Assembly: GCA_964643995.1 (NCBI GenBank)
Contig: CAZXUJ010000003.1
Coordinates: 349 to 64,348, forward strand
Origin: an uncultured Candidatus Saccharibacteria bacterium
GTDB taxonomy: Bacteria; Patescibacteriota; WWE3; UBA101185; UBA10185
Direction: 5' to 3'
Length of the DNA: 64,000 nucleotides
In this document: piece after piece, positions 47,404 to 56,200 of the stretch
Layout: every line of letters begins with the position of its first letter
Numbering within the stretch: position 1 is the first letter of the stretch
Made by a program: the position numbers and the translations under genes
Notes under the pieces: model-generated
Told to the model about the DNA's origin: nothing
Databases searched by the model: none
Seen by the model: only the letters and a program-made list of their open reading frames with translations

Positions 47404-48783
47404 ATGAAAGTTCTTTTTGTTACATCAGAAGCAGCTCCTATCAAAAAGTTCGGTGGTTTAGGAGATTTTTCTGGTTCATTACCCAAAGCATTGGAGCAGT
47501 TGGGGGTAGATGTAGATTTGATATTGCCCTTTTATATCGATGCTAAGATCCAAAATTTGAAATTGTATAAATCACTTGATCTTGGTATTGATTTTGACAA
47601 TCAGACAACTTCAGTTGAGATTTGGAAAACCAAGCTACCCAATAGTAATGTCGACCTCATACTACCAAAATATTCCAAGACTTTTTCAGGAAATTTTCTA
47701 ACAGATGTAGAGTTTTTTTCTTTTTTTGACAAAATCGTCGTCGAATACATCAAGTCTCAATACAACACTTACGATGTGGTTCATTGTAATGATTGGCACA
47801 CTGGTTTTATAACGCATTTACTTCACGACGAACTTGGTGAAGAGCGCCCAAAAACACTCCTTACAATTCATAATTTAGCGTATGCCGGTGTTAGTTCCCC
47901 CGAAATAATGCGTGAAGTTGGTTTCATACCTGGTCAGCATCCCTTGCTAGATTGGGATCTGTCTAACGGTGATGTCAGCATGCTCTTGCAGGGTATTGCT
48001 TCAAGCGACTATGTCAATACTGTATCCAAATCGTATGCAATCGAAATTGTTAATCCAAAAGAAACAGGGGAGTTAAACGATATAATAAGGAGCCGCAGTG
48101 CTAGGTTCAGCGGTATCCTCAATGGCATTGACTACTCAGAACTTCCTAGGAGTTTTAATGACTTGGACTGGAAGTCTTATAAGCTAAACATGAAATCCAA
48201 TCTTGCCAAAGAACTTAATCTTAAAAGCCCTACAGCTCCGATATTCTCTTTTGTATCCAGACTGGACCCCGGTCAAAAGGGTTTAGATATTCTATTTGAT
48301 GTAATTCCACATATTGTTGAGAGGGGTGGCCAATTCATTCTGTTAGGTACTGGAGCTCCTGAGTGGGAAAGTAAGTTTAGAGATATGTCTTTAAATCCAA
48401 AGCTTAGTGGTTCCATATCTATGATAATTAATTTCGACGTTAAACTAGCTGGCAGAATTTACGAGGGGAGTGATTTCTTTTTAGTTCCTTCAAAGTATGA
48501 GCCTTGTGGTTTAACTCAGATGATGGCAATGTGGTATGGAACCTTGCCCATTGTTCATAATGTTGGGGGGTTAAAAGATACTGTGCAAAATAGAGTTACT
48601 GGCTTCACATTTGATTTGTACAACTCGGTTGCATTCAAGGATTCGCTAGACGAGGCTTTTGCGGTTTTTGAAGACAAAACCTCATATGAAAAAATGGTTG
48701 TAGCCGCTATGAAAGAAGATAACAGCTGGGATAAAAGTGCAAAAGAGTATAAAAGCCTATATCATGTATTAGTAGATCTATGA
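47404..48783 (+). CDS. Second GT5 glycogen/alpha-glucan synthase paralogue
   Basis: MKVLFVTSEAAPIKKFGGLGDFSGSLPKAL N-terminal signature. Confidence 0.75.
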   Translation: MKVLFVTSEAAPIKKFGGLGDFSGSLPKALEQLGVDVDLILPFYIDAKIQNLKLYKSLDLGIDFDNQTTSVEIWKTKLPNSNVDLILPKYSKTFSGNFLTDVEFFSFFDKIVVEYIKSQYNTYDVVHCNDWHTGFITHLLHDELGEERPKTLLTIHNLAYAGVSSPEIMREVGFIPGQHPLLDWDLSNGDVSMLLQGIASSDYVNTVSKSYAIEIVNPKETGELNDIIRSRSARFSGILNGIDYSELPRSFNDLDWKSYKLNMKSNLAKELNLKSPTAPIFSFVSRLDPGQKGLDILFDVIPHIVERGGQFILLGTGAPEWESKFRDMSLNPKLSGSISMIINFDVKLAGRIYEGSDFFLVPSKYEPCGLTQMMAMWYGTLPIVHNVGGLKDTVQNRVTGFTFDLYNSVAFKDSLDEAFAVFEDKTSYEKMVVAAMKEDNSWDKSAKEYKSLYHVLVDL

Positions 48784-49715
48784 ACAAATTTTTATTCGAC
48801 CCATTAACAGGTGTGCCTACCATCTCGGCGACCAACCGATCACAAAGAACTGATCAAACTGGTGCTGTGAGAACAATACAAGCAGATGCTAAAGATGACA
48901 AAGCATCCGCAGAGCCTACTGAAAAAAAAGATTTTTTTGCCAAAGGTAACGAGCATCTCACCCCGCCAACGTTGTACCAGGATGCTGATGATTGGACCGT
49001 GCGTGTATTTTCAAACAAATTCCCTTTACTAGACGATCACGAAGTTATTGTACATTCTCCAGACCCAGTAAAAGATATAGAAGATTTTGACGTGTCCCAA
49101 GTAGTAAGCATCATTAGAGCCTATCTAAACCGTGTACAGCATTATAACATCCAAGAAAAAGAAGTTATCATATTTAACAACAAAGGTGGTAAGGCTGGCG
49201 CATCCTTGCTACACCCACATTCTCAACTGGTAGCCTCCAAAGGTTTTCCAGGAACAATCGAAAAGGAGAAGGAAAAGGCATTACACTATTATAATGAGCA
49301 TAACTCTTGCTATTGGTGTGATGAAATTGCTCAGGAGCTTGAATACAAAGAGCGCATTGTTGTGGAGAGTCAGCATTTTGTTGTTTACGTACCTTCTCCG
49401 TGTAGGTGGAGTTATGAAATGCAGCTTTCACCCAAACTCCACAGGCCTAACATGTTACACATAGATGAAACTGAAATACACGACTTAGCAAGTGTATTAC
49501 AGAAAGCGCTTCAGGCATACGCCAAACTTTTTGGCGGACCCGATAGAAACTTTTGGATTCATACTATGCGTTATGAACCATATCATTGGCATATCGGATT
49601 TATTGCACATATAAAGGTTTTTGGTGCCTTAGAACTTGGTGCGGGCATTTGGGTTAATGATAAGGCAACCCCAGAAGATGCCGCCAAACAGTTGCGCGAT
49701 GCCCTTAAGAATTAG
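48780..49715 (+). CDS. GalT-like HIT-superfamily nucleotidyltransferase (hexose-1-phosphate uridylyltransferase / NDP-sugar phosphorylase)
   Basis: Cys pair NSCYWCDEI and HIT-like LLHPHSQLVAS (H-x-H-x-Q). It overlaps the glgA2 stop by 4 nt. Confidence 0.6.
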   Translation: MNKFLFDPLTGVPTISATNRSQRTDQTGAVRTIQADAKDDKASAEPTEKKDFFAKGNEHLTPPTLYQDADDWTVRVFSNKFPLLDDHEVIVHSPDPVKDIEDFDVSQVVSIIRAYLNRVQHYNIQEKEVIIFNNKGGKAGASLLHPHSQLVASKGFPGTIEKEKEKALHYYNEHNSCYWCDEIAQELEYKERIVVESQHFVVYVPSPCRWSYEMQLSPKLHRPNMLHIDETEIHDLASVLQKALQAYAKLFGGPDRNFWIHTMRYEPYHWHIGFIAHIKVFGALELGAGIWVNDKATPEDAAKQLRDALKN

Positions 49716-49726
49716 GCTTTAAAAAA

Positions 49727-49762
49727 TAAAAAACCCCCGATTTCTCAGGGGTCTTTTTCTCA
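49727..49762. terminator. Bidirectional intrinsic terminator between convergent GalT-like and rplL genes (A-run ACCCC..GGGGT T-run)
   Basis: aaaaaataaaaaacccccgatttctcaggggtcttttt. The 5-bp GC stem is flanked by an A-tract and a T-tract, so it can serve both strands. Confidence 0.45.
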
Positions 49763-49785
49763 TTTCTCTCTTATGTACTACACTT

Positions 49786-50202
49786 TTATTTGAGTTCTAC
49801 TTTTGCTCCAGCTTCTTCAAGCTTTTTCTTTGCAGCTCCAGCTTGTTCTTTCTTAGCACCTTCGATCAATGTTTTAGGTGCAGCCTCTACTAAGTTCTTA
49901 GCTTCTACTAAACCTAATGATTGGTCGATTTCTCTTACAGCTTTAATAACTGCAATTTTGTTGCTACCTGCATCGGCTAATACAACATCAAACTCTGTTT
50001 GCTCTTCACCAGCTTCTGCAGCAGGTGCGGCACCAGCCATAGGCATAGCTCCCATCATCATAGGTGCTGAGGCTGATACTCCGAATTTCTCTTCTAAAGC
50101 TTTAACTAAATCGTTAAGCTCTAAAACAGTCATCTTTTCTACCATATCCATAACTTTCTGTGCGTTTCCAGTTAGTTCTACTTGATCATTATCTTTTGAC
50201 AT
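49786..50202 (-). CDS. rplL: 50S ribosomal protein L7/L12
   Basis: [42 protein letters not shown], an Ala-rich hinge, and a conserved C-terminal domain. Confidence 0.9.
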   Translation of the reverse strand: MSKDNDQVELTGNAQKVMDMVEKMTVLELNDLVKALEEKFGVSASAPMMMGAMPMAGAAPAAEAGEEQTEFDVVLADAGSNKIAVIKAVREIDQSLGLVEAKNLVEAAPKTLIEGAKKEQAGAAKKKLEEAGAKVELK

Positions 50203-50235
50203 TTAAATTGCACCTCCTTCATTAAATACTTTTTT

Positions 50236-50754
50236 CTAAGCTTCCTTTGTTTTAGCAATTTCTGACAAAGCATAAACGAAGTTTCTTTGTACTCCGCCTA
50301 GTACTCCAACAAAGCCGCTCAATGGAGCTTGCATGCTACCTAATACTTTTGCTATCAACTCTAGTCTGCTAGGTAGCTTGCTTAGAGTTTCTAGGTCTTT
50401 TAGACCTAACAGATTACCATCGACTATACCTGATTTCACAACAGGTAAGTCCTCATTATCTTCTGCAAACCTAAACAAGATTTTAAGAGCTTCCACAGCG
50501 TCTTCATATGAGAATATAGCCATAGTAGGTCCCTTTAGTTCTAGACCCTTTTTGTCTACAGCTATCTCCAGAAGTGTGTTTTTGGACACGCTTGCATCAG
50601 CACCTTTGTCTCGCAAAAGAGACCTTAGTTCAGCCACCTTTGTTGCAGAAAGACCATGATACTCGGTAAATATTATAGATTTAGAGTTAGTAACCTTGTC
50701 TTTGAGAAGGTCTACCACTTTAGATCTTACTTGTCTTCCTTTTGTATCTGTCAT
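50236..50754 (-). CDS. rplJ: 50S ribosomal protein L10
   Basis: Its position immediately upstream of rplL and the typical L10 N-terminal region. Confidence 0.85.
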   Translation of the reverse strand: MTDTKGRQVRSKVVDLLKDKVTNSKSIIFTEYHGLSATKVAELRSLLRDKGADASVSKNTLLEIAVDKKGLELKGPTMAIFSYEDAVEALKILFRFAEDNEDLPVVKSGIVDGNLLGLKDLETLSKLPSRLELIAKVLGSMQAPLSGFVGVLGGVQRNFVYALSEIAKTKEA

Positions 50755-50905
50755 CTTTTTTTGACCTGTAAAATAAATAAATTATTCAAACTATCTTTGC
50801 TGGGTATACGAATAATAAGGTGGATTCACTAAATATTATCTTTTTACCTCGGCAAGATAATTAAGTCCTTTAGGACCCTTGCTGTCTTTGGTCAGGCTTA
50901 CTATA
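50755..50905 (-). promoter_or_regulatory. Probable rplJ leader (L10(L12)4 autoregulatory leader region) plus promoter
   Basis: A 150-nt untranslated region lies directly upstream of rplJ. L10 leaders are widespread in bacteria, and no specific structure was verified here. Confidence 0.3.
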
Positions 50906-50921
50906 GCACAAGGACCCTTGA

Positions 50922-53189
50922 TTACTCAAGGGTCTCGTTTGTTTCAGTAGTTTCATTTAGTTTTACCTCAGGTGCGTTTGTACCTTGGATTGTTTCAACC
51001 GCATCAGGTTTGGTTAAATTCTCTTGTTGCGTGACTGTGCCTTGTTGCTCGATTTGTGCCTGCTGATCTAGATCCTCAACTGTAGGGTTGGTCTTTTCTT
51101 GTCCGGCGGTTAGGTTTGCAACCTCAGCAATTTCGTCCTGTACTTTCTTATAGTCTTCAGACTCTTGATTAATTAACTTAGCGGTTAATTCCAATTCTCT
51201 TTGAGCTAAGGCATAGTTGTTTAGCTGCTTCAACGACTGTGCTAAATTGTAATGTGCATTGGCATAGTCAGCTTTTAGATTTGTAGCCTGGCGGAAGAGA
51301 TTAGCAGCAGACAAATAGTCCTTTTGTAAGTAGTAAACCCCACCTGCCTCTAAACGTAGTCTTGGGTTAGTTGGGTCTAATTGTATTGCTGTGTTATAAG
51401 CCCCGAGTGCCCATTGATCTGCATTCTCTGCTACACCAATTAATGATTTATACACACCGGCTCTAACTTCCCAGCTTCCTACCGCCAATGGGTTTATTGC
51501 TTCTGTTGATAATCTTACTTCCCTTATAGCCTGTGCAATAAGCGTTTGTATTGTTTGTTTCTCAGCATCCGTTAAGTTTTCCTTCTTAGCCAGATTTCCA
51601 GCAAGTAATAGATTGGTTTGGGCATATGTATTTCTGTACTCAGCTCTTTGTGGGTTGTAGTTAATCGCTTTCCTCTGATTTTCATATGTCTGTGTTCCGT
51701 CATTTACCAACGCCGCCTCGATGGATTTCCTTAAGTAATATTCCCCAGCGTATGCCTTATAAGTATAGTAAGAAACTGCTCCTGCGAATGCTATCAGGGG
51801 TATTATTGCCAAATATTGAAATGTTTCCCTTTTCCTGGAGTCGCTTGATTCTGTGAGGCTTCCGATCAATGCAATAGAACTTAATGATGATAGGCTTAAT
51901 TGGATCATTTCCACATAAGAATCGCCTCTTTTATTGTTTAGAGCATAAATACTAGTAAGTAGCCCTAAAGACAAGAATAGTATGAAGTTATTAAGTACTG
52001 TGGCATAGGTAAAGAAGTGTCCCACCACTAGTCCTACTATTATGGAACCTAAAACTATCGAAACACTCTCATTCTCATCGCCTGTTCTGTTTCTAAGTGC
52101 GAATCTGGTCAATCTTATCAATAAGAATGCAAATACAACGATACCAATTATTCCTAGTGTTCCCATGACATTGAATACTTCATTAAATGGTTTGTCGAAT
52201 CTAGCATTCCACAGATCGGTACTGTTAAGTCGCACAGGACGATATCTATTGTAGTTTAGGCTGAAGGTACCTGCTCCTGAACCCAACAATGGGAAATCAG
52301 TGACTGTAGATGAGGATACTATCCATGAGTCAGTAAAGGAAAGTACTGATTCCCGTGAAAAGTTTTCATTTTTAATTACTTCTCTGGTTTGTGGAAGACT
52401 TACGACTAGTATTATTGCACTAACAATTCCCAGGGTTGCCAACAAGAATGGATTATTTTTTTTCAAGAGATCCCTTTTTGTTTGTACTAATAAAACCGCA
52501 GCCCCCACGAGTAAAAATACCCATGCTGGCAGTGTGTTGTATAGTCCGATGATTATAGAGTTAACCATTAATACTTGCATCCAAACCACTTTGAGTAGGG
52601 TCGCTTCTGTGTTTAACAGTTGGTTTAAAGCAATAATCATTGCCACTGCAGCTATTAATGCTGTTGTAGTGGTTGACCCTGTTAACGTAAAGTTAGCTGA
52701 CTGTGCATATGTACTGCTTATTAGGTTTATTCCGAAATAGCTGAGCAATGCTACAACTGAAGATAAAGTTATACCTGCAACTAGTGCGATGAGTATCTTC
52801 TCAACCCATTTTTTTGTTGCATTGCTTAAAGCCATTGTATAGAAAAATGCGATAACAATTGAATAAGAGAATAAACTAGGGGACCATCGACCATATTTGC
52901 CGAAGATACTAATGTATTGACTAAGCGAAAATATACTTGATAAAACAATCACTCCCCCCATTAACATTAAAGGAAGATTCAATGGTGATTTAACAAATAT
53001 GACCTTTTTAGTCGTGAGTAATCTAATTGCCCAAAGAGTCAAGAGCACCACAGTAGTTAATGTCAAAAGCGTTAATTTGTTAAATTCAAAAAACTCCGTA
53101 GTTATTGGTAAGTAAAAAATTGGCATTAAAAATGCAAGTACTAGAGCGACGTAATACGTAGATTTTTCTAGGGTGGAATTTTGATTCAT
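50922..53189 (-). CDS. O-antigen ligase/polymerase (Wzy_C)-like polytopic membrane protein with C-terminal TPR repeats
   Basis: About 12 transmembrane helices with a large periplasmic loop, and a C-terminal ~200 aa of TPR-like repeats (AYNTAIQLDP.., ANLFRQATNLKADYANAHYNLAQSL). Confidence 0.6.
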   Translation of the reverse strand: MNQNSTLEKSTYYVALVLAFLMPIFYLPITTEFFEFNKLTLLTLTTVVLLTLWAIRLLTTKKVIFVKSPLNLPLMLMGGVIVLSSIFSLSQYISIFGKYGRWSPSLFSYSIVIAFFYTMALSNATKKWVEKILIALVAGITLSSVVALLSYFGINLISSTYAQSANFTLTGSTTTTALIAAVAMIIALNQLLNTEATLLKVVWMQVLMVNSIIIGLYNTLPAWVFLLVGAAVLLVQTKRDLLKKNNPFLLATLGIVSAIILVVSLPQTREVIKNENFSRESVLSFTDSWIVSSSTVTDFPLLGSGAGTFSLNYNRYRPVRLNSTDLWNARFDKPFNEVFNVMGTLGIIGIVVFAFLLIRLTRFALRNRTGDENESVSIVLGSIIVGLVVGHFFTYATVLNNFILFLSLGLLTSIYALNNKRGDSYVEMIQLSLSSLSSIALIGSLTESSDSRKRETFQYLAIIPLIAFAGAVSYYTYKAYAGEYYLRKSIEAALVNDGTQTYENQRKAINYNPQRAEYRNTYAQTNLLLAGNLAKKENLTDAEKQTIQTLIAQAIREVRLSTEAINPLAVGSWEVRAGVYKSLIGVAENADQWALGAYNTAIQLDPTNPRLRLEAGGVYYLQKDYLSAANLFRQATNLKADYANAHYNLAQSLKQLNNYALAQRELELTAKLINQESEDYKKVQDEIAEVANLTAGQEKTNPTVEDLDQQAQIEQQGTVTQQENLTKPDAVETIQGTNAPEVKLNETTETNETLE

Positions 53190-53276
53190 ACCCTAAATGT
53201 TAAATGAATATTATATGACGTGTCAACAACCTAAAAATATCAGTTCTCATAAAGGGAAGCATTGTCCTTAAGAGCT

Positions 53277-56200
53277 TTATTCATTGAATCTCACGCTTGC
53301 GTTCTCGTTGTAAAGTTGTCGTACTTGATCCTCGGTTAATGGGTAGCGAAATATTCTAACATCGTCTATCATTCCATCGAAGTAGTCAGCGGGAGTACTT
53401 CCTGCATGGGCTCCAATCCTCATTGGGAGAACATTCACAGAATCTCCAATATTTGCAATTGTGCCACTTGTACTAGCTTTGTCTGGCACTCCATTTAAAT
53501 ATATGGTGCTATTGGTGTCGTTATCCTGATCAAAAACGAACACGACATGTTGCCAACCCGAAGAAGTTATAGCTGTTGTGCCTGTGACTGAAAATTCATC
53601 AGTTCCGTCTGCTATTTCAGCAAATAGAGTATCCGTAGTCGCATCTAGTACAACAGCATAGCCGTTTGACGATGCCGACAGGTTGTTTCTTTTCGAAATT
53701 AAGACATCCGTTGTAGTACTACTTTGTCTGTTTATCCACATGGAGACCGAAAAATCATATTGATCGTATAGGTCATTGGGGTTGGAATCCGCTACTTGGA
53801 AGTAATCATCTGTGCCGTCCAGATCTATACTTCCGTTTATCTTTCCTGATGCTCCGTTTGACCATGCGGTGGCAGTAGTAGTATTGCTTCCACTTGCCCC
53901 TATGGTTAAGGTACCATTTAGACCTTTAGCGCTGGCATCATAGATAGTTGTGCCCGTGCCTTCGTCAAGTCTCCACCAACCTTCGCCTTGGCCCCGGTTG
54001 TACTCATACGCAACTTGATCTCTCGTAAGGGCATATCTAAAAAACTTTACCTCATCAATTTTTCCATCAAAGGGGGCAGAGGCTACTCCAAGTAACCCGA
54101 TTCTAGCACTCTGTGATGTTGTTAAGTCTCCAACATTTGCAATAGTACCTGTTGTTCCAGCTTTGTCTTCGAGTCCGTTTACATATATTTGTGAATTTGT
54201 TGCGCTGTCCTGATCAAAAACGACGACAATATGATTCCATCCTGTAGATGTTATGGCTGTAGTTCCAGTAAAGGAGAATTCATCGGTACCATCAGATACC
54301 TCCACATATACAACATCAGTGCTAGCTGTTAGCCCAATACCATATCCACCCTGAGTAGCACTTGTTCCAGCCCTTTTAGAAAAAATTGTGTCGTCAGTTG
54401 TGAACGTATCTCTATTTACCCAAAAACTGAAGCTAAAGTCGTCAGTATCTGCAATTGTGTAGTCACTAAGATTTCCGATATTAACATTGGAGGAGCTCCC
54501 ATCAAAGTCCAAAGCGCTTCCAAAGACGCCTGGGACCCAAGCTGTAGAGTTAAGAGTACCGTTGTTTGCCCTTGTGGAAACATCATATGTTGTTGAAGTC
54601 CCAGTATTTTCGTCAAATCGAAACCATCCGGTTGGTCCGGATCCAAATCCATTCAGAAGATTGCTTTGTTCATCTGTTCCTACACCAAAATTAATGCCCG
54701 ATCCAATGTTATAGTCAACTCTTATTTCACTTGAAGTTAATTCGGAGGAGTATATCTTAAATTCATCCATACGCCCATCGAAGTTCGCAGTACTTGTTCC
54801 TCCTATAGATAAATCATCTGATTCTGCTGCAGGGTCTCCCGAACCATTTGTACTTGTTCCCCTCAGTTCACCGTCTATCCAGACGCTAACTTCATCGTCA
54901 CTGTCATTAGAATATGTAACAGCGATGTATGTCCAGGAACCTATGGTAGCCCCATCTGTTATCGTTAATGTAGCATCCGAGGTTGCTAGGTCTAAGCTTA
55001 CGTCTATATCTACTAGCCCTCCTGATTCATTACTAGTTCGAAGATATGTGTTTCCTCCTTTATAAATTATCTGTCCTACATCGTTTTCTCCGTCACTATC
55101 TATATACACCCAGCTACTAAAAGTGAATCCGTCGTTAAGTCCCTCGTTTAGATCTATTGCGGTAGTGTTTGTCACTAGTACACGGTCTCCAGTGCCATTG
55201 AAGTCTAGGCATCCATTTACTTTGCAGTTGGACCCTGTGCGCCATGCAGGTGCTGGGGTTAACGCACCAACTATAGCAGCTTGTGACGAATTCTCGTTAT
55301 TTAGTGTTGTGCCCTGCAGCTCCTCCATTTTGTAATATACTACTTGTGAGGCTATAGGTGATCCCCCTGCTGGGTGTCCGCCATTCATGTCCTCAATGCT
55401 CTGTGTATCGGTTCTAACATAGTTGTAAATTTTTATTTCGTCCATTGTTCCTACAAACTGGTTTGTATAAGTGTCTGGCATTGCGTAGTCGATATGAAGT
55501 TTTGGTGCATTTGTAGCGGGTGTTCCGTAGTCATACATTCTATAAACCTCTCTTGCAGATGATTCGCATGCACTGTTGTCCTGGTCACTGTTATTGACAA
55601 TTGCTAAATCATTTCCGCTTGCCCATCCAGCTCTACCAACTACCTGAGTTATTGCAAGTCCCAGCATCGTTCGCAACCCTGTTGAGGTTGGGTACGAGTA
55701 AGCTGTGTTATTAGAGTGGCTTGAGTTTACTGTTTCTGCCGCTATGTATTCGTTTACTATAGCTCTTGCTCCTGGAGGACTGCCAGACGAAAACGTAGCT
55801 GTATCATCTTCCTCAATTGCGGTTAATCTCCAGCAGACATTAGTCGATTCTGCACCATCCTTCATTAATGTTAGATAGGCACTAGTAATTTCCGCACCTC
55901 TTGTGAGGGTAACGTTGTTAAATCTGAACCCTTGGCCATAGCTTGCATTTGGCGAGGTACCTACGCCTCCAACTGGTCCTGTTGTAGCCGTATCATCATA
56001 GGCAATATCGTTATATGCTACATCGTCAGTTCCTGCAGCAATAGTAAGATCCAGAGATCCTGTAGCGCCCCCCAATGTTACATCGGTTCCTATATATAGC
56101 ATGTTCGAGGCATCAGAAATCGACGAGGGTATCGTACCCGTTACTGTTGCAGCTTTTTCCACACCATTTACGAATACTTCTATTGTTTGTGCGCTAGCAG

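Noticed and set aside
49790-50659. Plus-strand ORFs antisense to rplL and rplJ
   Set aside because: Antisense to highly conserved ribosomal protein genes. Their Ala/Ser-rich low-complexity translations are mirror artefacts.
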